From: Cladosporium halotolerans
Taxonomy: Eukaryota
Assembly: GCF_011745625.1 (NCBI RefSeq)
Contig: NW_027191479.1
Span: forward strand, 124,001 to 188,000
Length of the DNA: 64,000 bases
Reading direction: 5' to 3'
The notes beneath the pieces were generated by a model that saw only the letters and a list, made by a program, of their open reading frames with translations, did not search any database and was not told the DNA's origin. The position numbers and the translations under genes were made by a program. Of the stretch, positions 1 through 11,000 are shown piece by piece; the first letter of the stretch is position 1; every line of letters begins with the position of its first letter.

Positions 1-434
1 TTGCATCGGTAGCGGGGCCTCGCTCAACAGCGACGCGGACATTCCTCGGCACGCAAGCCGGAGGAGCGTCTTCAACCAGCCAAGTCGGCATGTCCGCCTA
101 TCTCTGGCTTTGAAGCGCCCACGGCGTCCTGCGAGATTGCTGATCCTTGTGCTACTTTCCTGGCACTCTCGGCACCATTGGCCAAAGGCATCGCCGAGGC
201 ATGACTTTCTAGCGAGGATCGGCATTCTCACAGTCCTTGGCTGCTTTATGCCCTCGAACCAATGCAAGTTGTATCGTTAGCTAAAACGCGACAGCAAGCA
301 ACGATGCAGCCCAAACACACGTGCATGGCCTAAGGTTCACCACCTTCCGCAAATGTTCATCGCTGCTCTATTAGACGCGGTGCTACCACCTTGCTAGACC
401 TCAGGCAAACCGGCAAGGCTGGCGCCCTGGTACG

Positions 435-441
435 TATATAA
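435..441 (+). promoter_or_regulatory. TATA box (TATATAA) of the secreted nuclease gene
   Basis: TATATAA about 150 bp upstream of ATG 587. Confidence 0.5.
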
Positions 442-586
442 TACCGCGATGTATCGCATACACCAGCGGTCAGACTGGCACTTCGTCAACAGTCGCGCGG
501 TGAAGTAGTTGTTGATAAGGCAAAGGGGATTGCAGGCCCTCAATCTATTTACATTCGTTCACATCAAAGTCAATCGCTTCGCAACC

Positions 587-1328
587 ATGGCCGTCACCAC
601 TGCCCTCGCCCTCCTCTTCGCCGCCAACGCCGCCTTCGCTGCGCCTGTCGACCCTGCCCTTGTCCGCCGCGGAAACCTCCCTACTCCTATCGCCGCCTCT
701 ACTGCCCGCTCGTACCTCTCCCAGTTGACCGTCGAGGCTGAGAGCAACAGCCCGGCTTACGACCGTGACCTTTTCAACCACTGGATTACCATCAGCGGCA
801 GCTGCAATGCCCGCGAGACTGTCCTGAAGCGTGACGGTACCAACGTCCAGCAAGACAGCGCCTGCGCTGCTACTTCTGGCAACTGGTACAGCGACTACGA
901 CGGCGAGACTTTCACCGTGTCGAGCGAGCTTGACATTGACCACATGGTTCCTCTTGTAAGACATCACGCAGACGCTATCAGTCAAGCCGCATCTCTAACA
1001 ACTCAACAGAAAGAGGCCTGGGTCTCCGGTGCCAAGGACTGGACTGATGCCCGCCGTGAGCAGTTCGCCAATGAGTGAGTGCCGTCGGGACATATCTTTG
1101 ATACACCCATTGCTAACGAGAATCAGCTTGACCCGTCCCCAGCTCATCGCCGTCAGCGCCAGTAGCAACCGCGGCAAGGGCGACCAGGACCCTGCCGAGT
1201 GGCTGCCGGAGCGCGAGGCCTACCACTGCACGTACGTCCGCGCTTGGGTCCAGGTCAAGTACTACTACGACCTGAGCGTGGATTCTCTGGAGAAGGCTGC
1301 GCTTAGCGATATCCTTAGTGGCTGCTAG
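587..1328 (+). CDS. Secreted HNH-type endonuclease-like protein (DUF1524 family); exons 587-955, 1010-1074, 1127-1328
   Basis: Signal peptide MAVTTALALLFAANAAFA. Spliced motifs DIDHMVPL|KEAW, FAND|LTRPQLIAVSASSNRGKGDQDPAEWLP and CTYVRAWVQVKYYYDL. Introns GTAAGA..CTAAC..CAG (956-1009) and GTGAGT..CTAAC..CAG (1075-1126). Confidence 0.85.
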
Positions 1329-1546
1329 ATTGGTACTGAGGTCTTTTGGTAGTGCGCAAAAGTTTTGCTATGATACACGATGTTGATTGGCATTGTTCCT
1401 CCGGCGTGCTGTTCGTATGATTTGTATGTTGTATGCGCGGCTCCTTCGCGTTTCGTGTTTGTACATTTTGCCCGTGTTCTGGCATTATCGTGGCCGTCCA
1501 CAAGCCATTGTGCTCGTGACATCAACCGGTCTCTCATTACCTTACC

Positions 1547-2661
1547 TCACTCTTCCCTCGCCCTCTCAGCCCGCTTAATCGCAACCAAATCCGCACCACT
1601 CCCAGCCTTCTCACCCAACACGCCCGCCTTCTTCAAAATCCCCACCGTCTTATCCACAACCCCCGGATCTACACCCCTCACGTCCTGCGTGAATTCCACC
1701 GTCTTCATCCACTCCCTCGCGTCCGCCTCCGAGTACTCCATCGTACCCGTGATGTGCTTCACCGCCTCCTCCTCGTTGTCCATGTAGTACTGCACGCCTG
1801 CGTTCAGCTTCTCCGCCAGGTCCTGCAGCGCAGGATCCGTCGGCTCACGCGCCGCGATCATCCAGCTCGGCCAGGGCGTGTAGATCTCGCCGATCCGTTT
1901 GAGCTCGCCGTTGTCCCAGTATGCTTTCGTCGTGAAATGCTCCCACATGAAGAAGTCGGCTTTCGTAGGCTCGCTGCGCACCGCTTGGCGGAGAGCTGCG
2001 AAGGCGCCCGAGGGCACGATTGTGAAGGGCTCGGTTTTGGCGGAGAGCCACTTTTGCTGGTCGGCCAGCACGTAGGCCATAACGTAGGAGCCGCTGTTGT
2101 GCGGACAAGCGTCAGCGCAGTCCGACGTATCCTTTTGAGTAGATAGGACAGTAACTCACCTTCCTATGCGACTCACGCCTGCCCTCTTCCCGTTCAAGTC
2201 TTCTACGCTCCGCACATCCTCCCTCTCCTTGCCCGTCGAAATCGCCCACCGCAGCGGCGACTCGACGTACGTCCCCACGAGCCCGTAGCCCGGCTCTTGC
2301 GCGGCCGCGCGGCTTTTGCCCAAGTCCGCGACGAAGCCTTCCGTCAGCCCGATCGCGACGTCGAGGCGCTGCGATTCGTCGCTGGTTTTGAGTCGCTTGG
2401 TCAGGTCGCCGGTGCCGGTGGGGACGGGGATGAGGTCGGCGGAGAGAGAGAAGTGTTGTTGTGCGAAGGCGAGGGGCGTGGAGAAGTGTTCTTTGCCATT
2501 CCATTGGGTCAGTCGTGGGTACTTGAGGGGTGGCTTGAAGGTGGGGTGGAGGTACCGGGTATGTAGCCTATGCGCAGTTTGGAGAGGTTTGAGGTAGCGC
2601 TGGAGAAGGCGCGGGTGTTGGCTGTGCTGGTCGCCATTTGGACTGCTTTGCGGGACAGCAT
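1547..2661 (-). CDS. Type-2 periplasmic-binding-fold protein (Ca3427/SsuA-THI5-like), possibly mitochondrial; introns 2491-2555, 2094-2159
   Basis: Spliced LRIGYIP|EHFSTPL, DVAIGLTEGFVA, GTYVESPLRWAIS, GVSRIG|SGSYVMAYVL, ADFFMWEHFTTK, IGEIYTPWPSW. The N-terminus is Arg/Ser-rich and acid-free. Confidence 0.8.
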
Positions 2662-3412
2662 TGTGAAGGTGAGTAATTGGGGAAAGTGTTGGTGGGGTGA
2701 GGGGAAGAGCAACGGTTTGTTGAGGCTGTTTTGAGCTCGGTGTTTGGAACTTCGGATGATCATCGACTTCGAGCGAGCTACGTCAGAGACACGATTGGAT
2801 CCGAATGGGGGAACAATGCACATCCAGTAGATCAGATGAGGTAAAAGGTGGTGACAAGCGGAAGAGAAGACCAAATTTGTTATTTTACAAAAAAAACACA
2901 AAGTGTTTTTGTCTTGACATCGTCCATCAACGCGTCCAAGTCATCGATTGACAGTTCTCCCACGACGATAGCCAATTCATGTCATAGATCGCACCGACCC
3001 AATTGCCTCCGAGGATTAATAGATGCGCAAATACAACTCCAGCATCCCCCAAGTATCAGTCTCAGTAATAAGTACTTGAGAGCCTTCCTGATCCGATCTA
3101 CCAATGCACCGAACTCGAATGGTGACACCGCAAGCCGCCAGACGCAGTGAGACTCTCACATAAGGCATCGGCGTGCCGTCAGCCTTTGGCAAAACCATCA
3201 GGCTTCCGCCCGTAGTTCCTCAAGGCTGGAGTACTGAGTATTGGCTGTCTCCAATCGCCGTAAATGACGGAGGATTGCAATCCACCATGATCAAGCCTGT
3301 TCATTGGATTCAGGACGATGCAGTTTATTGGAACAGTCTGGTTGTATTCGTTCACCACTGGCATGTCAAAACTGAATGAGTGCTGTGTGACTCATGTTGT
3401 AGCGGCCTTTAA

Positions 3413-4780
3413 TCAGGTTTCAGACTCTAGGAATTTCTGAGGCCAGCTGACAAGCTGATTTAACAACGCTTTTTCGGCCTCAGTCCCGGTAGAGTTAATA
3501 GGGTTCATACTGATCGTGTTTCTCAATAGCTTGTTGTCTGCTCTTTCAGAAAACCCACCGGTTGGAATTTTAAGTAAGGGCCGCATCATCGATTCGAATG
3601 CCAGGAAATGGACCTGCAAGACTACTGACACCAGGTTCGGACTGTTCGTGAACTCATCGAAGTCAGAGGGTGCCATTTGGGTGAAGATGCTCCAGAGCGA
3701 GAGGTAGGAGTTTGCAGCTACATCATGGTCAGTTTTGGCTGCGGATAGGCTGTCTTATTCTGAGAGCTCACCTTCAAGAGGACCACTAGTAACGGCAACA
3801 ATGCCTTTCATGCGTTCCAGCACTTCTTGCTGGAAGGGCTCTATATTGCAAAGCTGTTCTATGGCGTCCAATGAACAACGAGCTTCCACAGCTGCTGTAG
3901 GACACAAGGATGTCCCGTTGAAGAATTGCCTGCGCACCAAAGCTGAATTCGGATCGTCCTTGATAATCAGATTCTCGTCTTCAGGAAAGAGCGGCGACTT
4001 GAGACCCGCCTGCAACATTCTGGCAGAAAGTGAGGCACAACCACGGACTAGAACCAGGAAGTTCGAGACAGGATCGCCCATATACAAGGAGATGAATGTC
4101 AGTGCATAGCAGCTGGCCAGAACAGCGGTTGCTCGTTCGCCCGCAGATGGGTCTTGCAAGTCCTTCAAATTGATGTCGTCTACGGAGTTGATGCCTCGGA
4201 TTGCTGCGAAGCGATACTTCTGCACAGTCTGTTCCAGCTCCAGATCTGTATTCGCTTGGAGATGGGCTGCTCCCAGAGAAAGAATTGCTGCGTTGAGGAA
4301 GTCGAACTACTCGGCAATCCATGAGCGATGGTCATCACTTTCAGCTTTGTGTGTAAAGACTTACTTGTTGCGCGATTACCGGGACCTCTAACGTCCAAGC
4401 ACGCTCGGTATCAAGTGGGAACGATGGATATGCGACTGTGAGGTACGAATGAAAATATCTGAGATCTCTTAAATCGAATCCTGTCGCGTTGAGCTGCGGC
4501 GACCGCAGGCGTGCAATCTGCTGCGATTCGCGCGGCCGGTCGTACACGCAGTCGTCCCCCAATTTGACGCAGTTCGTACAGCGTGGTCTCGTCTCAGAGC
4601 ACTACAGCCCGGACAATGTCAGCAACTATCGACGAATTTCTCTCCACTTTCGATGCTGCGACTTGCCTTCACTTTGCGGGTCTTGCACATCGCGCATCCG
4701 CCGCGCGATTTGCGATGCGCTTTGATCTTCCGTTTGCCAACTCCAGAGCTGCCATCGCTATGGCTACTTGGCGTGTTCAT
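3413..4780 (-). CDS. Zn(II)2Cys6 transcription factor (Upc2/Ecm22-like architecture); introns 4602-4666 (GC-AG), 4307-4364, 3718-3771
   Basis: HRKSRGGCAMCKTRKVK|CSETRPRCTNCVKLGDDCVY binuclear cluster; DLRYFHSYLTVAYP and FLNAAILSLGAAHL middle region. The frames join across three introns. Confidence 0.85.
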
Positions 4781-5315
4781 CTTGTATGGTGGAATCAGTG
4801 ATTTGAGACGGCTTCGCTTACTCCTGTGGCACGTATATTGATGAATGGCTCGGTCGTCGGCGTCACTACTGAGAGCTCGCATTCGCATTGAGCGGGCAGC
4901 CAATGGGGTTGCAGGAATTGCATTCAAGCCACAAACCGTCGATCTCCACCTGTTCGGGAAATAACTAGACGGCGTATTCGCATGCTCTGATAGTCTCGTC
5001 TTTATGACCTTCTCGTGTCATAACACGCTCGTATCAGGAGACCAAAAGCATAATGAGGGTAGACGACTCTGGTCGTGAGGCTGGCCAAGATAATATCGAG
5101 TGGACCGACGTCACTTACAGGCCACGAAACGTTGATACAGACGTCTTCAATCTGCATGATGTAAATACATTTCTATCTTTTGAGCCATGCCTGGTCCTTT
5201 TCGGATTGACCGTCTATGCATAATGACAAGCATTCCCCCAACGCCATGCTGAAAAGCAGACCCACAACATCCATCGGTTTTGCTCGATGCCCGCTGATAT
5301 TGAATTACATCTTTC

Positions 5316-7592
5316 TTACATCTTCCTGAACACATTGCCACTGGCGCTTCGTCTGTCCTTTGTGTCTTTGCCTCGTGTAGCAGTGCGGCCATTGCCACCC
5401 TCCGAAGGTCCAGTTGAAGGCCGCTTCTTCTGCACCTTCGTCGGCGCAAACGTAACCTCCTTCTCACCGACCACATCTCCTCTCGCACCAATAGCTCTCT
5501 TCTCGGTCCTGCCTGGTGCGCGCGAGGCGAGGTCGCCGAAAGACCTGCCGGCACGATCCTTTTGTCGTCTGGCATCTTTGCCAGAAGAAGAAACCTGCAT
5601 CTGAGGCTCGCGGTTCCTGTGGCCAGCCTTTTTGTAGTTCGAAGAGCCGACACGTCTCTTGTCATCACTCTTGTCACCGTCGCGTCCACCACGCTGGCGT
5701 GCGCGAAGAGCTTCCGCCTCGGCTTCGGCATCCTCATCTTCATCCTCGTCCTCGTCTGAGCTGCCCTTGATATCTTGCATGTCCTCTTCTTCGACAGCGG
5801 TGAGGCCATGAGGCTTTCTCTCGCCACCATTGGCTTTTCCGCTGGGAACGGAAGATGGATTGTGCATGGCGAATTCGCGACTGTTCTCGTCGATCTCGAA
5901 GTCTTCGTCCTCGAACAGACCGGCGAAACGGCTGTCGTCCATGAGACGCTGGGGCTTGGTCTTCTCGACAGCTGCCTCGCCATCTGCGCCCTCGACGTCG
6001 TCCTTGGCAGCAGGCTCGTCGCCACCCTGGCGCAAGACACGCAGAGCCTTGCGTTTCTCGTTGGCTTCTTCGCGGGCCGCAAGCGTCTCGGCCAATTTCC
6101 TGTTGACCTTGACAGCGGCCTTCTTGGTGCCTCTGATACGGCTCTCGCGCTCCTTGTCGATGCGTTCCTGGATGGTCTTCTGTCTTTGCTGCTCGAACAA
6201 GTCGGGGTTGCTGATCATGCGAGCTTGCTCGTACAGCTTCTGAGCCACGAAGTAACCGTGCATGTAAGGGCGCAGGAGGTTCGTCTGGCCAACCAAGTGA
6301 TCCAAGTTGAGCTCGCGCAGCTGCGGTGTGGACAGGAACTTGTAGTTGTCGTAGACCTCGCCCTTGGCTCCACCCAGATCCGTCTTGTATGCGTTGGGAT
6401 CGTTGGAGTCCTCGGCCATTTCTTCGACCAAGTTGTCGAGGAATGCACACCACTTCGGCGCGGGGCCAAGTTGAGGGATGAAGAAAGAATGCTGTTGACG
6501 GCCCTCGTTCGCTGTGAGGAACATTCCAGAGTCCGGTACCCACTCGACGTGGTTAAGATCAACTGTAGGTTCGACTGACGTCCATGGGTCTCCAGTCGAA
6601 GCGTCCCAAAGCTTGATAATACGCTTGTCTGCTGACAGAATCTTCTCAGATTCTGACGTGGGAGGGGTGATGTATTCGAGCGTCTGAATGGGGAAATCGT
6701 ATCCTTGGTCTTTCTTCAGAAGAGGTACCGGAGAGCGCATGTCATAGGTGTGAACGATGCCGGTGGATGAGCCCGTCGCAAGTTGCAGGCCTGACCGATT
6801 GAACGCCAGCGCCGAAATCTGTGGCCTCGATTCGCGATCTTCGTTGAAAGGCGATGCAGGCGGTCCAAGTATGCTGACCCTATTCCTTGATCGACTGTCC
6901 CAGAACTCCACGGTTCCCATGCTTGTTCCAAACGCCAAAAGTCCGTGCGACTCCTCGGCAATAGCTGCTGTGTTGACCGAACCAGTCCTGATGCCACCCT
7001 GCAATGCGCCACCACCAAAAGACAAAAGATCATCGCCACCGACGTCAACCTCGTAACACTTCATGAACCTTCCAATTTCCAGATTCAACCTGTATACCTC
7101 ACCCATGCCATCCGCGTTCACGCCCACGGCAGGCACAAGCGCCTCCGCATTTCTCTTGTTGTACTTCAAATCTCTGCCATAGCGCGGTATTCTTGCAGTA
7201 TGGTGCAGTCCTCCTGGTGTGTGAAACTCTAGGAGACGGTCAGTCTGGAGATGCAAGCTCTTGCTGTAGTCGTCGCTGAGGAGGATGAAGGTCTCGTTCA
7301 GCGCATTGGTGTGTCGCGCAAAGCTGAGGGACAGGTGCGGGAGGTAGTGCGTGTGAATCTGCGGCTTGTATGTGCCCGTGCTCATAACCCAGTTGCCATC
7401 AGGTGATACTCGCACACACTGTGAGGCCTCTTCGAACTCGAAGTCTTGCAGCAGCTCGATGCGGTTGGCGTATTCGGCATCCTTCTTGAGAGACCTCTTG
7501 CGCTTGCGCGCGAGCCATTCAGGTAGGGGGCGGGCAGACGATGCGCCCGCAATGGTGTACACGGGCACCGAGGCCTGCGTGGAGAGCTTCAT
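5316..7592 (-). CDS. ENP2: Ribosome biogenesis protein Enp2/NOL10 (WD40 + NUC153)
   Basis: RIELLQDFEFEEASQC, TGTYKPQ, FFIPQLGPAPKWCAFLDNLVEEM, VYDNYKFL, LLRPYMHGYF, DDSRFAGLFEDEDFEID. Confidence 0.95.
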   Translation of the reverse strand: MKLSTQASVPVYTIAGASSARPLPEWLARKRKRSLKKDAEYANRIELLQDFEFEEASQCVRVSPDGNWVMSTGTYKPQIHTHYLPHLSLSFARHTNALNETFILLSDDYSKSLHLQTDRLLEFHTPGGLHHTARIPRYGRDLKYNKRNAEALVPAVGVNADGMGEVYRLNLEIGRFMKCYEVDVGGDDLLSFGGGALQGGIRTGSVNTAAIAEESHGLLAFGTSMGTVEFWDSRSRNRVSILGPPASPFNEDRESRPQISALAFNRSGLQLATGSSTGIVHTYDMRSPVPLLKKDQGYDFPIQTLEYITPPTSESEKILSADKRIIKLWDASTGDPWTSVEPTVDLNHVEWVPDSGMFLTANEGRQQHSFFIPQLGPAPKWCAFLDNLVEEMAEDSNDPNAYKTDLGGAKGEVYDNYKFLSTPQLRELNLDHLVGQTNLLRPYMHGYFVAQKLYEQARMISNPDLFEQQRQKTIQERIDKERESRIRGTKKAAVKVNRKLAETLAAREEANEKRKALRVLRQGGDEPAAKDDVEGADGEAAVEKTKPQRLMDDSRFAGLFEDEDFEIDENSREFAMHNPSSVPSGKANGGERKPHGLTAVEEEDMQDIKGSSDEDEDEDEDAEAEAEALRARQRGGRDGDKSDDKRRVGSSNYKKAGHRNREPQMQVSSSGKDARRQKDRAGRSFGDLASRAPGRTEKRAIGARGDVVGEKEVTFAPTKVQKKRPSTGPSEGGNGRTATRGKDTKDRRSASGNVFRKM

Positions 7593-8030
7593 GGCGGAGT
7601 GAAGCTCTGCTTGAATATGAGAGAAGGCAAATGTTCGCTCGAGATTTCCAGCCAAAAGCCGCGGCAACTTTTCTGAAGATCTGCCACATTTAAGCTTTGC
7701 GGAGGCGGGAAGACGCCGCTGCACGAGCGAACCTTGTGAGCTTGGCTCCACCGCAGCGAGCTTCGGCTTCACACGGGTGAGCGCACGCTGGAACAGGACG
7801 CGTTGTTGCGATAACAGCTCCAGACCTGCCTCTTCAGGTAGCCTAATTTGTCGCTTACCGATTTCAAGCTCCGAAAAGCGAAAACACATTTTTACCTTCT
7901 ACCCACGCTTGCAAAGCGCAGCCCATGCCGCAATACCGAACCTTCCCCTGCCGGCAACGCCAGATACACCACCATCGCTACGTCCCATAGCACGGAGTCG
8001 CGGATCATTGCATGGGCAGAACATTCGATC

Positions 8031-11000
8031 ATGGATACACTTAAGGCATGCACAACCAATGTGCATGTGATCAACGAAATTGGGACTACACCTTTCAGAC
8101 AATATGTCTGCGAGCAACCTGCTATATCTGCAACTCAGCATGTTGCACGCACCATAGCGAATTTGCGTGAGCAGAACTTGATTTGTGTGGCCAGGGGCGA
8201 CCAAATATGGTTGTTTGGGGTTGAGGAAAAAGACAGCGACGAATATCTGAGTGTTGGTTTTAGGCTGGAGATGCAAGGCACATTTGGAGAGCAGCTCCAG
8301 GCGTCTTCCATCGAGGACGCGCCTATTCTTACTGCTTTCCTGGAGGCATTGCAGGGGTACATCTCTCATGCATTGCTATGCGCCTATGCTGCGGTGAAAA
8401 TAGCTGAGTGGACTTGGTATCTGCCCGAGAACGAGGAGCACACCGCGGGTGTTGTCGCTCGTACACGTTACAACTTTTCTGACGAGTGCAAGAAACTCAC
8501 TCTCGTAACCAACGTGCGCAATTTCAATCTGGCGACGATGGGGCAAGCTTCAGCACCTGTGGAGATATCCCTAGCTCCCAATGGACTGCATGCCGTCCTA
8601 CGGCCAGAACGAAGCAGTGGACCCACTCAGGAGGATCAACCCGACGAGGGCACGGTCAGATTTGCGGACGAGGAATGGCGGTCACTTGTGTGCGAAGAGT
8701 TGGCTTCTCAGGGTCTCAAAATACCCGGCGGCGTTGCATGGGTGAATGTTGTGCCTTCTGGGATGTTCCAAGCAGTCTCCTGGCCGGCCCTACTCTGTCT
8801 TCCACAACGGGATTGTGATCAGAACGATTCTGACGCAAAAATCGACTCTACTGATTGGCAGCACTGGTTTCAGCATGCTTCCGCACAACCCGCTTCTGAT
8901 CCTCTATCATTTGCAGAGGAATGGTTTGGCACATCATCTCACCGAGAACAAGACATCAATGCTGACGATGTTTTGGAAAATGGTGACTTGGCTATGGATG
9001 ATGCAGTAAATTCTCACGTCGGAAACGGCCATACGGCATTCGATGTTACGTCGCCCATCGCAAACAGACCAGATCTGCAAGCTCTCCATGGCATCTATCC
9101 AACTCCGCCTGATGGCTTGGCGATTCAAAGTGCTACACAGACACAGATACAATCAGACAATATATCCGCACCTAGCGGCGATGCAGGGACTCAGCCTGGC
9201 TTTACGCCATCAGATCCGCCTGTGGAGGGCAATCCATCCTTGTTCGACGATGGAGCTCCCATTGATGCTCATCCAGCGCAACGTAATCACAGCATCGTCT
9301 CCTCTGTCGGCCCACAGGCCCAAGACTGGACCCGTGGTTCACCCGATGACCTCTTCGGAGATATGGATGACGGCGAATACGGCAGGGATGAAGTAGACGA
9401 CGCGGACTTTAACTTCTTCGATGAGCCTGATCACGATGATCCGAAAGCCGATAGCGGAAACAATGGGCTGGATACCTCAGACGTACTCTCAAGCATGACC
9501 GAACACCTTGGGCCAGCTTCCAAAGATGAGCAAAATCTGCTGGATGGGGGCACGAAAGACCAAGTGCAGCCGATTAACACGCCCCGTACGCAAGCCAAAG
9601 ATGTCACAGACCATGTTGAAGACCAAGGTGTCCAACTCGAGTCGTCACGTACCAAGTCTCCAGCTCGTCAAGTTGAAAATCAGCTGGCACCCAACAAGGG
9701 CGAAGAGAAATCATCGCCTAACCTCAGACCCAAAGTTGACATGCTCAAACCGCTATCTCCCTTTGGCATCAGGGAAGCTCTATTACCTCCTCCTATTCCA
9801 GCGAGTGTTTTGCACGGCCATCAGGGCAACGGAAACGAAAGGCGCAAGAGTGGCTTTGGTCCTCTTACTTTCAACCCGGCAGGCTTTTCCGCTGTCCAGT
9901 CTTCGAACCTGGATTATGCAGACTTCAAACCCGACGATCAGGTGCTAAAATACGAATCTGCGCCTACGAAGGTCCCGTTTGGGATGCTTGCAGAGTCACC
10001 TGAATCCCCTGTTTCGTCAAACTCCTTCGTTGATACTGATCTGGACGATGAATTGGAAAGTGTTAATGGCGCCGACGACTCCACATCAATGATGTCTTAC
10101 TACCCCCGCATCGAAGGAGCTAAAGCAGAAGAGGACGCCGCTTTCCCCACTAGGAAACGCAAGCGAACGCTGGAAACATCTGCTTATTGCGGCCCTCAGT
10201 CGAATGGGACTTCAAATGCTGAACAGTCTGAGCAGAACTCAAGCCGCCTCAACGCATCGGATGACACCCAAAAAGGCGACATGCGGACCGTGCTCTCAAC
10301 CCTCTTGAAGAAAGCAGCAACAGAAGAACCAGCAGAACTCCTCAGCACAGCGAAGCACGATCAGGTCACTCCGCAGACTGTTACAGAGTTTCCGCCTGAT
10401 GGTTCAGAAATAGACATGTTCAGCCCGGCCTTAGGAGCGACAGTCCAACCGGGTGTCCAGGCATATTCGGATACCGACTGCCCGGATGTGATGCTCACAT
10501 TTCCCTGGCTGTCGATGGAAGAGATAGTGATCTTGAGTCAGATGGCTGCTGATCAAGCTGTAACCGTCACCAAGTTCATTGAAAGACCCGATTTGTTTAT
10601 GGGACCAAGCGAAAGCAACCAGGAGAGTCAACTTTTGAAAGAGCTCGCAGAGGCCTTCAAATTAGGCTTCCCAACGTCGAACACCTGCGACATACCATCT
10701 CTAGCCTTAGTGAGAGAGCCGCTTCAGTTCCCTCGACCTCAGCCTCCTCAGACGGCTGTCAGTACCCCTTCACAGGCTCGACACCCACCGCGCCCGCCAC
10801 CCCGAGCTGATACCGCAACACTAGGCCCAGATATTCTTCCTTTGAATACTTCTCATGTTCGTATTCGACGTGGTGAGGGTATGTGGGAAATGGTGGCCAC
10901 ATCCCTCAGCTTTTGGGAATCTTTAGGCCTTGCTCCGGTCAGTGGAGGAAAAGATACCAGGCACTTCTGCATCGCTCCAGACAGCTCTACACTGGCTCTG

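Noticed and set aside
2094..2900. TPP riboswitch in the THI5-fold gene introns or leader
   Set aside because: No TPP aptamer consensus found, and the introns are only about 65 nt.
2880..3380. Protein-like fragments on the minus strand (HELAIVVGELSIDDLDALMDDVK etc.)
   Set aside because: Multiple stops, no recognisable family or splice model; cannot be supported.
7593..8030. N-terminal extensions and overlap of the ENP2 and MED13 ORFs as given in the ORF track
   Set aside because: They begin at non-ATG codons; family-typical N-termini start at ATG 7592 and 8031.
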